Below are positions 46,998-55,142 of a DNA stretch of 55,628 nucleotides, piece after piece (positions within the stretch are counted from its first letter, which is position 1; the number at the start of each line of letters is the position of its first letter). The notes under the pieces were generated by a model. That model worked only from the letters and a program-made list of their open reading frames with translations, searched no databases and was not told where the DNA came from. Source of the stretch: a virus. Taxonomy: Duplodnaviria > Caudoviricetes. The DNA lies in the IMG/VR virus record IMGVR_UViG_3300049846_001678, positions 1 through 55,628 of that record, one strand, 5' to 3'. The position numbers and the translations under genes were made by a program.

Positions 46998-47446
46998 AGG
47001 AAAAGCTTAAGCTAACCTCTGACGATGCCTTAACCGCTGATACTCAGGGGGAAATGGTCTACACTGGAAGTGCCTTCAGTTTCCGAGATTCCATAGGCAC
47101 GTTCGATCCCCGTTCAGGTTCCGGTCTATCTGAAGCTCAGCATAAGGCGTTACGGGCATTGATACATTTCATCGATGACGGGCCCGCAGACGGGTTTGCT
47201 AGCGGGGCATATCATGTTCAGTTACCTAGCGGCGACCCCTTCCCCACATCTGCTGTTTGGTGGGAGAGTGCCGCCCAAACGGAAAAGATTGTGGAATTAA
47301 CGATAACTAGGAATGCCAATAAGACGCCAGCAACAGAGGTTTGGAAGATGTTCGACACCGACGGAACAACCGTCCTAGTTACTGTTACCGACACTATCTC
47401 CTATAGTGGTATAGTAGAGACTACACGGACAAGGACTATAGCTTAA
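46958..47446 (+). CDS. Putative structural protein
   Basis: Beta-rich C-terminus ending TRTRTIA; operon packing. Confidence 0.6.
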   Translation: MPRTPDRDPGTRLEEKLKLTSDDALTADTQGEMVYTGSAFSFRDSIGTFDPRSGSGLSEAQHKALRALIHFIDDGPADGFASGAYHVQLPSGDPFPTSAVWWESAAQTEKIVELTITRNANKTPATEVWKMFDTDGTTVLVTVTDTISYSGIVETTRTRTIA

Positions 47447-48927
47447 TGGCCGGTCGTAGCCCAGCATCAATCCTATTCGACGAAACCGGAAACCCTATCG
47501 GGGTTGTTCTCGATGGGGCGGTTTACCGCTTACAGACCACAGGAAAGGTTCAAAATTCAAGCGGGACACAGATTGACCCTGCCACCGAGGGCACATTATC
47601 CGCTATAAACACCAAGCTTGTTAGCGGAACCGACATCGGCGACGTAACCGTTAATAACACTTCTGGTGCGGGGGCAGTCAATGTTCAGGATGGCGGTAAC
47701 TCCATAACCGTCGACGGTACGGTGACGGCTAACGCCGGTACCGGACCGTGGCCTGTGACGGATAATGGCGGGTCACTTACGGTTGATGGGACTGTTGGTA
47801 TTTCCGGAACTGTGCCTGTTTCTGGTCCGCTAACAGACGCACAACTACGTGCCAGCGCTGTGCCTGTATCTGACGGCGGCGGCTCGTTAACAGTCGACGC
47901 AACCTCGCTTCCACTTCCAACAGGTGCTGCAACAGAAACAACCTTAAGCAGTATAAACACAAAAACTCCGTCGCTTGGCCAGACAACAATGGCCGGGTCG
48001 TCGCCGGTAGCCATAGCCAGCAATCAGACGGCTATACCCGTTACAGACAATTCTGGTTCTCTTACAGTGGACGGAACTGTTACAGCTAATGCCGGTACAG
48101 GGCCTTGGCCTGTTACAGACAACGGCGGATCTTTAACTATAGACGCTACTTCTTTGCCCCTGCCTACTGGGGCCGCTACAGAAGCTACGCTAGCGCTTAT
48201 AAAGAACACTGACGGAATAAAGAAAATAACAGACCCCCTCCCTTCTGGGAGCAACACCATTGGTGCTGTTACGCAGCCGGTTGCTTCTGACCCCTGGCAC
48301 GTAGACGGTAAGGGAACGGCCGGAACTCCGTCTGGCGGCGTTGTTTCTGTTCAAGGTGTAACAGGCGGCACTCCTTTATCCGTATCTATGTCATCTGCGG
48401 CCTCCGACCCCTCGTTTGTTGTAACGGCGGAAGGTGTTGTTTTGGGCAATAACAAGTCTATGGTGTCGCTTCTTAACGCAACAGGGAGCACTGTTGTTGT
48501 AAGAATAAGAGAAATATATTTAACAAACGTGCAGATAGCACCTGTAACTGGTACAGTTGCAGAGTTTCAACTAAGAAGAATAACAGGACACTCTGTTGGT
48601 ACTGATTTAACCTCTACAATATTAGCGCACGACACAAACGACACCCTTAATGTTAATATCAGTGCTCGGACAAACGCCACCGTTGCTGGTGAAGGGGCCG
48701 TCAATATATTTAGAAAGTTGCAGTCGACAGACGAATGGGGCGTGGGCGCACCGGATAACGAAGGCTTTGACGCAGCAGTGAGTAGGCTACTTCCTGTTTA
48801 CAAACAGAACGAGCTATGCAAAGCCATAACCCTAAGGGCCACGCAGGGGATAACAATCAAGTGTGCGACGAACACGACTGCAGGATCGTTTGATATCACG
48901 GTGCTGTTTACTGTGGGGGCTTCATAA
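47446..48927 (+). CDS. Repeat-rich fibre protein
   Basis: Repeats TVDGTVTANAGTGPWPVTDNGGSL, (V)xDxGGSxTVD, LPLPTGAATE; globular C-terminal domain. Confidence 0.75.
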   Translation: MAGRSPASILFDETGNPIGVVLDGAVYRLQTTGKVQNSSGTQIDPATEGTLSAINTKLVSGTDIGDVTVNNTSGAGAVNVQDGGNSITVDGTVTANAGTGPWPVTDNGGSLTVDGTVGISGTVPVSGPLTDAQLRASAVPVSDGGGSLTVDATSLPLPTGAATETTLSSINTKTPSLGQTTMAGSSPVAIASNQTAIPVTDNSGSLTVDGTVTANAGTGPWPVTDNGGSLTIDATSLPLPTGAATEATLALIKNTDGIKKITDPLPSGSNTIGAVTQPVASDPWHVDGKGTAGTPSGGVVSVQGVTGGTPLSVSMSSAASDPSFVVTAEGVVLGNNKSMVSLLNATGSTVVVRIREIYLTNVQIAPVTGTVAEFQLRRITGHSVGTDLTSTILAHDTNDTLNVNISARTNATVAGEGAVNIFRKLQSTDEWGVGAPDNEGFDAAVSRLLPVYKQNELCKAITLRATQGITIKCATNTTAGSFDITVLFTVGAS

Positions 48928-49784
48928 TGGCTTCTAAAAAAACATCAGATGGACTTCCGCGCGTATCAATAGAGCCAACAGAGGGGACAAAACTTACCCT
49001 TATTTCCCCAAACTGGTGTGACAAAACCACGTGGTATATGTCGTCGGTTAGAGAACTTGGAACTACCTTAACAGGTAACGCACAGCGAACAGAGTACACC
49101 GGAACAGGTATCTGGGTCGATAATTACCACGGGCGGTACTCAGACGAGGACACCCTAAAGACTGACGAAGGTTTCGTCCCCCGACTGAAAGTATATGTTG
49201 ATGGGGTTCAGAAGGTTGAGGTTGATCCTCACACAAACGCCGGTGACTACCTTGTTGACTACATGGGGGCGAAGGTTACTTTTAGTTCTCCGCTTTCAGA
49301 AGGTGCCGTAGTAACGGCGGACGTTTACAAAGTTCAAAACTCGGTGTGGCGTGTTTTACCCAGCGCCGGGAAACATCTAAAAATTGTTTTGGTTGAGGCG
49401 CAGTTCTCGTTGGATGTTCACGTAACAGATTCGATACTGTTTCAACCTTACGGTTATGTCGATGTTTTTGCTCCCCAACTTATGCCGGGTGTTCCTTCCG
49501 GTACAAAAATTCCACTCGGTCCGCCGAAGAAATACAAGACAATGATGGACTATGTGAACGAGGCTACCGGCGCTCTTCCACTGATAAAGTCGCCTTCTGG
49601 CGGTACAAACACGTGGCGAGACATTACTTGCGACATGCAAGTATTTCCTTGGAATTATATTGCTGTTACAGAGCTCAGCTCTGCGGCCGGAATGGAAGTT
49701 AGAATCTCTTTAGAGCACAATGTGCCTTTCGGCGGCACTGCCGCAACGGCGTCCCTCTATTGTTTGTCTGATGTCGAGGAATAG
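48927..49784 (+). CDS. Putative structural protein
   Basis: Central VYVDG...DY.VDY..AKVTF module. Confidence 0.6.
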   Translation: MASKKTSDGLPRVSIEPTEGTKLTLISPNWCDKTTWYMSSVRELGTTLTGNAQRTEYTGTGIWVDNYHGRYSDEDTLKTDEGFVPRLKVYVDGVQKVEVDPHTNAGDYLVDYMGAKVTFSSPLSEGAVVTADVYKVQNSVWRVLPSAGKHLKIVLVEAQFSLDVHVTDSILFQPYGYVDVFAPQLMPGVPSGTKIPLGPPKKYKTMMDYVNEATGALPLIKSPSGGTNTWRDITCDMQVFPWNYIAVTELSSAAGMEVRISLEHNVPFGGTAATASLYCLSDVEE

Positions 49785-49785
49785 C

Positions 49786-49983
49786 ATGAACTGGCAACTT
49801 TTTTCTGTAATATTCATGATCGTGTCTTTCGTTGTAATCGTGGGCGTTGATGTTTTCCTTCTTACTCGGAAACAGCAGGCAACGTTCAGCGAGATACTAC
49901 GAAACACAGCGCGGAAGTGGCAACCAATAATCATGATAATATGCTTTGGTTTCGGCATGTTAGCCGGCCATTGGTGGTGGTAA
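49786..49983 (+). CDS. Small two-TM membrane protein
   Basis: GAGGA RBS; ends GMLAGHWWW. Confidence 0.7.
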   Translation: MNWQLFSVIFMIVSFVVIVGVDVFLLTRKQQATFSEILRNTARKWQPIIMIICFGFGMLAGHWWW

Positions 49984-50207
49984 TGTTTATGTCGCCGAGA
50001 TTGGAAATTCCAAGCGGGGCGATTGACGGCTCGAATCGGGTATTTACAACTACCTTTGACTACGTTCCGGGTAGTGTTGTCGCCCATCTGAACGGGCAGG
50101 CGGCACACATCAACGCTGTGGAGCTTGGCAATAAACAATTCGAATTCGCCGTTGACTCCACCCCCAAATCAGGCGACGTAGTCACGGTCTACTATAGGTC
50201 TCTGTAA
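49983..50207 (+). CDS. Small beta-module structural protein
   Basis: SGAIDGSNRVFTT...HLNGQ...GDVV..YY. Confidence 0.65.
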   Translation: MFMSPRLEIPSGAIDGSNRVFTTTFDYVPGSVVAHLNGQAAHINAVELGNKQFEFAVDSTPKSGDVVTVYYRSL

Positions 50208-50650
50208 TGGGAATTCCGCATTTTGAAGTTCTATCGGGGGCAGTAAACGGTGTAAACCTGGTGTTTACCACGTCTGTTCCATATACAGCCGGAACTTTAG
50301 CTGTCTACCTGAACGGACAGTTGCTCTTAAATCCTGGCGGAAACCCGTGGACCGAAACCAATCCCGCCACCGGCGCAGTAACCATTCACAGCGAGGAGCT
50401 GCCGGAAACTGGAGACGTCGTTGCTGCGTTCTATCTCGACACAACAAACGCCTATACCGGCGAAGAGGTCGAGCAGATCTACGGAAGTATTAACGAAATA
50501 GATGACCTGGCGGGCATTCTCGTAACCGCTCAAAACTTATCGGCAAATGTATACGAACCTGATACACTTAGTGGTATACTAACTGACCAAGAAATAGAGG
50601 CAGGTCTATATCCTATATCGGATCTGACCGGCGTAGTAACGGAGTGCTAA
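50207..50650 (+). CDS. Beta-module structural protein, paralogue of upstream ORF
   Basis: SGAVNGVNLVFTT...VYLNGQ...GDVV..FY. Confidence 0.7.
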   Translation: MGIPHFEVLSGAVNGVNLVFTTSVPYTAGTLAVYLNGQLLLNPGGNPWTETNPATGAVTIHSEELPETGDVVAAFYLDTTNAYTGEEVEQIYGSINEIDDLAGILVTAQNLSANVYEPDTLSGILTDQEIEAGLYPISDLTGVVTEC

Positions 50651-51028
50651 ATGTCTTTAGAGAACAAACTTGACCTGTACTTTAAAAAGGGCCAATCGAA
50701 GACATACCTGGTTACCGTTACCGACGAACTGGGTGCCCGCGTCGACCTTACGGGCGGCGTGGCTAAGATGACGATAAAGGATAACCTTACGTCGCCAACT
50801 GTAACCATCGCCAAGTCGTCGACCGTTGTTACTGAGATTGTCATACTAAGTCAAGTTGTGGAAACAACTAAGGGGCAGTTTGAGGTGTATTTTGTGCCCA
50901 GCGACACCACTTCGGTGGCTCCGGGAGAATATAAGTACGATGTTTGGGTACAGCTGGCCAGCGGCAAGCGGTATCCTGTTATTCACCCGTCCTCTTTCTT
51001 GTTAGAGGCGTCAGTCACAGTTTTCTAA
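50651..51028 (+). CDS. BppU N-terminal-like Ig-fold structural protein
   Basis: G.S....VTVTD..G..VDLTG, P.DT....PGEYKYDV. Confidence 0.7.
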   Translation: MSLENKLDLYFKKGQSKTYLVTVTDELGARVDLTGGVAKMTIKDNLTSPTVTIAKSSTVVTEIVILSQVVETTKGQFEVYFVPSDTTSVAPGEYKYDVWVQLASGKRYPVIHPSSFLLEASVTVF

Positions 51029-51039
51029 AGGAGATAGTT

Positions 51040-51438
51040 ATGGATTGGAATACTATTTTAGTTGATATCGGCGGACAACTTATTCCCTGGGCAGTAACCG
51101 GTTTGATTGCCCTTCTTGGTAAGTTTGTCTACAGCAAAATGAAAAACGATTATTGGAAGGGTGTTGCAGAGCGAGCAACATCTGAAGTTCTTCATGCAGC
51201 GGTCGAGGTTCACCAAACGTATGTAACGGCCATCAAAAAGGGCCGCGAAGATGGTAAACTCACTGCTGAAGAGCAGGCCGAGGCTAAGAAACGCGCCATA
51301 GAAACCGCTAAGGCTAACCTGGGCGTCAAGGGCTTCTCTAGCCTGGCGAAGGTTGTCGGCGGCGCAGAGGCGGCGGATAAGTGGCTTGGAACGCGAGTCG
51401 AGTCCACGGTTAGTGCGCTCAAGTCAAACCCTCAGTAA
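51040..51438 (+). CDS. LL-H-family-like holin
   Basis: AAGGAG RBS; N-terminal TM; V.QTYV..IKK...DGKLT.EE..EAK; next to endolysin. Confidence 0.7.
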   Translation: MDWNTILVDIGGQLIPWAVTGLIALLGKFVYSKMKNDYWKGVAERATSEVLHAAVEVHQTYVTAIKKGREDGKLTAEEQAEAKKRAIETAKANLGVKGFSSLAKVVGGAEAADKWLGTRVESTVSALKSNPQ

Positions 51439-51719
51439 ACAACCTTCTCGCAATGCGGCCTCTTCAGCGGGCCGAAGATACCCTAAAGAAGGGACTTTCA
51501 GCTGCGGAAGCCTTGAAGGTTGGAGAGACGAAAGTCGATCTCGGTCTGTTGGCGGACTATAAAGCCGGAAAGGCTGTTATAGGGGGCTTCGTTGACGCCG
51601 AAAAGAAGATAACTAAGTCCATTGCCGGTTACGCCCGTGCCGAAGCTGGTAGAATACTTCAAACAGGTAAAGATGAAAACTTTGCCCTAGGTACTGTAGG
51701 TCTGCGATTTCGTTGGTAA
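51432..51719 (+). CDS. Four-beta-strand ORF with C-terminal beta-signal; probable -1 frameshift extension of holin
   Basis: A AAC CCT at 51426-51432; -1 frame open 51414-51719; no SD before ATG 51453; ends GLRFRW. Confidence 0.6.
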   Translation, partial: SVNNLLAMRPLQRAEDTLKKGLSAAEALKVGETKVDLGLLADYKAGKAVIGGFVDAEKKITKSIAGYARAEAGRILQTGKDENFALGTVGLRFRW

Positions 51720-51774
51720 AATATAAAAAATAACGATGCTGAAATGTATCGTTTTTTGTAGAAAAAGGATGCTT

Positions 51775-52389
51775 ATGAGCTACTTTGTGTCGCTAGATTG
51801 GAAGGCAATTAAAGGGATATATGGGCCTACTAAGGATCAATTCGCTAAGCGCCTATCGTATCTGCAACACGAGGCTGCCGAATCCTTTTTAAATGCCCAA
51901 GGAGACACGGAACGGGGCCTGGTGGTGTCGGACATGTTCCGTAGCATGAAAGCCTCCTACGAGCGTAAATACCCGCCAGGAAGGCCCCCACGAAAGGATG
52001 TTCAACCCCCCGGATTTAGTGCCCATAACTTCGGTCTGGCAATCGATTTGGCTGTTGACGAGACAATGAAGGGGTTAGGAATTAAAAAGAAGCCAGAACT
52101 GGATGCCTTTATGGCGGAATATGGGTGGTACTGCCACCGAAAAGATGGACAGCGAGGTAGCGAAGATTGGCATTTCAACTACCTCGGATACCTGATACCA
52201 AAAGATAACGAACGATCGACGGCGGGAGCGATCGAACGAAAGATAAGAGCCCTTTATGAGCCCTTTGCCTGTGAACCGCCCAGTGACGTTCGGGCTTTTC
52301 AAGCGCGCTACGGGCTTACAGCGGATGGGGTTTTTGGTCCAATAACGCGCCGACTATACTGGCTAGAACTGAATCAACCTAGTTCTTAA
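51775..52389 (+). CDS. Endolysin: M15-family zinc peptidase with peptidoglycan-binding repeat
   Basis: SDMFRS, SAHNFGLAID, EDWHF; FQARYGLTADGVFGPIT. Confidence 0.9.
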   Translation: MSYFVSLDWKAIKGIYGPTKDQFAKRLSYLQHEAAESFLNAQGDTERGLVVSDMFRSMKASYERKYPPGRPPRKDVQPPGFSAHNFGLAIDLAVDETMKGLGIKKKPELDAFMAEYGWYCHRKDGQRGSEDWHFNYLGYLIPKDNERSTAGAIERKIRALYEPFACEPPSDVRAFQARYGLTADGVFGPITRRLYWLELNQPSS

Positions 52390-52669
52390 GGCTGAGTATA
52401 TGCTTTAAGATCTGATTGTCGATCGACATCGGCTCGGCTACACGCACGCAGTGGTCGCAAATAAAGTACCAGATGCGCGTATTCTCTGGGTTCTTAAGCC
52501 CGGATTTTTTATTCGGTTCAAAGTACCCAGTGTGCTGAGGTTTCTTGCCCTCACACATAACACAGCACCTCGATGAAACCCTGCTAATGGCCGCAAACTG
52601 CTGGTGTTTGTCGTAATCTTTATTTAAAAAAGCAATGTACTGCACGTTGCTGTCGTCGACGTTATCCAT
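52379..52669 (-). CDS. Zinc-binding hypothetical protein
   Basis: CVMC...CDHC; promoter TTGGCA-18-TACAAT upstream. Confidence 0.6.
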   Translation of the reverse strand: MDNVDDSNVQYIAFLNKDYDKHQQFAAISRVSSRCCVMCEGKKPQHTGYFEPNKKSGLKNPENTRIWYFICDHCVRVAEPMSIDNQILKHILSLKN

Positions 52670-52742
52670 ATGCCTATTGTAGGGAATTTCTTACATTGAT
52701 GCCAACGATTTACCGTGTATTATTTACAGTACGGGGGTTCAA

Positions 52743-53294
52743 ATGTTTCATTGCAGTGCTGTTCGTTACGGATACTGTACACATAGCGCCGAGTACGTAA
52801 CTTCTAGCGTCGAACGCGCTTTCGACCTTCTCTACCTTAATCTTGACGATCCTTATACAGATGTGTATATTTCTAATGTAGGTGCACTCACTACAAGAGA
52901 CGACACGCCGATTTCCGTCCCGCGCCTATCGGAGACCGGCCTAAAGGCACTAATAATGAAATATAAACAGGTCCTCGTTAATGTCCGGATTGGCAATAGC
53001 CTTCTGGAGCTGGTAAAACAATATGCCGACGCTTTGGAAATGGAACCGCATAAGTTCATTGAGAAGGCTGTCGACTTCGGGTTAGAGGCCAGTCTCGGTA
53101 ATAGCTCTGTTACGCTCGAGGAGTGGGCATTCGCGACGCACGATCGACAACACTATGCGTTCCGGATGAATTACAAGCTGGTGGAGTTAATCGACATTCG
53201 TGCCAACAAGTTGAATACCTGCCGCAGTGTTTGGATTATTTGGGCCGTTATTGCTTATACCAATAAGCTGGCAAAAAAAGAAGTCAGTTTGTAG
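52743..53294 (+). CDS. Putative tandem ribbon-helix-helix DNA-binding protein
   Basis: VLVNVRIGNSLLELVKQYA...FIEKAV and HYAFRMNYKLVELID..A....RSVWI..AV; alternative start 52956. Confidence 0.55.
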   Translation: MFHCSAVRYGYCTHSAEYVTSSVERAFDLLYLNLDDPYTDVYISNVGALTTRDDTPISVPRLSETGLKALIMKYKQVLVNVRIGNSLLELVKQYADALEMEPHKFIEKAVDFGLEASLGNSSVTLEEWAFATHDRQHYAFRMNYKLVELIDIRANKLNTCRSVWIIWAVIAYTNKLAKKEVSL

Positions 53295-53514
53295 CCGAGC
53301 GGTCGACAAGAAGCAGTCCGATAGTCTGCGCCACCTTATCCCATAAAACATTTAGATTCGTGTAGCACCGGTGATCCAAAAGGCAAGTACTTTTCTTATT
53401 GTCTTTTTCAAACCATACACGGCACCCGTCAGCCTGCCAACGAACCTCGTGGCACCGAACGCCGTTTTTAGCTGCGATGGTGTCTAGTGCTAAGCGGAGA
53501 TTATCGGTCCGCAT
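53284..53514 (-). CDS. Hypothetical protein
   Basis: GAGG RBS, operon packing. Confidence 0.55.
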   Translation of the reverse strand: MRTDNLRLALDTIAAKNGVRCHEVRWQADGCRVWFEKDNKKSTCLLDHRCYTNLNVLWDKVAQTIGLLLVDRSATN

Positions 53515-53665
53515 ATACTAAAACCTCGACCTCTTCGTGTGTTGCCGCTTCGTTTTCCGCCCATTCGAGAGCTGCTAGCCACGCCCCGGGACCAAAGGAA
53601 TTGAATTTGCCTGCATTGTATGCCTCGTCCGCCAAGTCGTTAATGTACTTTTGCAGCTCGCTCAT
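53501..53665 (-). CDS. Small hypothetical protein (54 aa, MSELQKYIND...)
   Basis: Manual translation; ATGA coupling with upstream ORF. Confidence 0.55.
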   Translation of the reverse strand: MSELQKYINDLADEAYNAGKFNSFGPGAWLAALEWAENEAATHEEVEVLVYADR

Positions 53666-53859
53666 CTCGCACCCGCCTTACAGAAGCATTTACATGTTTG
53701 AACGCACTGACGCTTGCTACCAACTGTCCGACAAGTTACCTTGCAATTCGCCTGGTAACATTGCTTCCCAGTCGGGCACACGTTTTTATACACTACCTTG
53801 GTCTCTGTCGGTGCGTTCTGTAGTGTACAGATTGTGAATAAAATACCTAACAACTTCAT
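53662..53859 (-). CDS. Small secreted Cys-rich peptide
   Basis: AAGGGG RBS; MK plus hydrophobic leader; eight Cys in C-terminal 38 aa. Confidence 0.6.
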   Translation of the reverse strand: MKLLGILFTICTLQNAPTETKVVYKNVCPTGKQCYQANCKVTCRTVGSKRQCVQTCKCFCKAGAR

Positions 53860-53880
53860 TTTAATCCCCTTGTTTGGTAA

Positions 53881-53970
53881 CTAGTAAAGGTTCCAATATT
53901 GGTAAATGACCCAACCAGCGGTCAGAAGTCCCGCCACTGCAAGCATCAATTCTGGAATGTTATCAAGCAT
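53881..53970 (-). CDS. 29-aa single-TM microprotein
   Basis: MLDNIPELMLAVAGLLTAGWVIYQYWNLY; GGGGA RBS, TAATG coupling. Confidence 0.55.
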   Translation of the reverse strand: MLDNIPELMLAVAGLLTAGWVIYQYWNLY

Positions 53971-54200
53971 TAGTTCCCCGACTTCTTTACTGGTGCAATC
54001 GTTGTCGACGACAGAATCGTCGGAATAGAAGCCACGCCCATGCGCCCCTGATAATCGTCGATGGACTTCTCCAGCTTCTTATAGGCATCCTCCTTCTGTT
54101 TGTTTGTCACGGTAAATATGTGAAGATACGTACCGCAAACAAAAAGAACGGAAAGGAAGCCAAAAACGCCCAGGATCAGGCATGAAATAACGATGTTCAT
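53970..54200 (-). CDS. Single-TM membrane protein
   Basis: GAGGAGG RBS; N-terminal TM. Confidence 0.65.
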   Translation of the reverse strand: MNIVISCLILGVFGFLSVLFVCGTYLHIFTVTNKQKEDAYKKLEKSIDDYQGRMGVASIPTILSSTTIAPVKKSGN

Positions 54201-54652
54201 TATTCCTCCTCGCAGTAATAGTCACGACACTCGCCAACGCATCGCTTTCCTTTTCCTCGACCATAGTCGGAGTCGTGTACGCAAGAGCTAACACACTGGC
54301 CAATATGTTCCCACTTTACGGGCTCACAATCGTCGTCGGGGTGGGAACCGCTACCAGATCCGGAACCGTTTCCATTACCAGAATCGTCGCCGGAGTCCAC
54401 ACCCGCATCTTTACAGGGCTTTGGCTCTTTATCGTCGTCAACAGGTACGGGAACAGGTACCGGAACTGGGATCGGCACGAATGTCGATTTCCCGCACTCT
54501 TGTGCCAAATAGACGTCCTCACCACAGGGCTTGTGTGGCCAGCAACAATCGATGTCGTCGCATCCTGTTAAAAGCTCAAGCGCGGCCACAACAGCTACAG
54601 GAACTAGTGCAAACACGAAAACGTTTCTAAAAAACCGCTTAACCTTTGTCAT
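54200..54652 (-). CDS. Cys-rich lipoprotein with (PV)n and G/S linkers
   Basis: Lipobox LLTGC; PIPVPVPVPVP; DAGVDSG; GSGSGS. Confidence 0.75.
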   Translation of the reverse strand: MTKVKRFFRNVFVFALVPVAVVAALELLTGCDDIDCCWPHKPCGEDVYLAQECGKSTFVPIPVPVPVPVPVDDDKEPKPCKDAGVDSGDDSGNGNGSGSGSGSHPDDDCEPVKWEHIGQCVSSCVHDSDYGRGKGKRCVGECRDYYCEEE

Positions 54653-54866
54653 TTTTCTTCCCCTTTTTTGTTACTTGCTGTTTAAGAAATTTTATAACCT
54701 GTTTCTCTTTCTGTTTATCCGTTAGACCACTATTCTCTGCATAAATCGGAACAAAAAACGTTGTCTCCACAAACCCAACAACCCCTCGGTCGTCAGTTTC
54801 CCGAATTAGCAAGTTCCTGTAGCTTTTTCCGGATACCCGCGACTTCTGCCATCCTAGACCAAACAT
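54639..54866 (-). CDS. Hypothetical protein (start uncertain)
   Basis: Fills operon gap; real start may be nearer 54796. Confidence 0.4.
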   Translation of the reverse strand: MFGLGWQKSRVSGKSYRNLLIRETDDRGVVGFVETTFFVPIYAENSGLTDKQKEKQVIKFLKQQVTKKGKKNDKG

Positions 54867-54975
54867 TGCTCCTCCCCTGTTCGTTTAGTTCTGGCCGATC
54901 CATTTCCTTCTGCAACTCTTCTAACCGCCCACGCAACCACCACTCCAAATCGGTTAGAAGCTCATTGTTTGTCAT
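54793..54975 (-). CDS. Small helical hypothetical protein
   Basis: ATGA coupling with upstream ORF. Confidence 0.6.
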   Translation of the reverse strand: MTNNELLTDLEWWLRGRLEELQKEMDRPELNEQGRSNVWSRMAEVAGIRKKLQELANSGN

Positions 54976-55142
54976 GTCGGCGTCACCAAATCATAATAAC
55001 CGATATACATATGATCCAGCTCAGCAATACCGTCAGACTCGCAGGACGCACAACACGCCTGTGCAGCCGCAAGTGACAGATATTCACCGAGCTTTATTAG
55101 GCGATCCCCTGTTAATACAGCAAATAAAACATAAACTCGCAT
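54972..55142 (-). CDS. Small hypothetical protein (56 aa, MRVYVLFAVLTGDRLIKLGEYL...)
   Basis: AGGA RBS; reading frame conserved against the allele at 1-66. Confidence 0.7.
   Translation of the reverse strand: MRVYVLFAVLTGDRLIKLGEYLSLAAAQACCASCESDGIAELDHMYIGYYDLVTPT

Noticed and set aside
30254-48260. Numerous antisense ORFs within structural genes
   Set aside because: Shadow frames of well-supported + strand genes, without RBS or recognisable motifs
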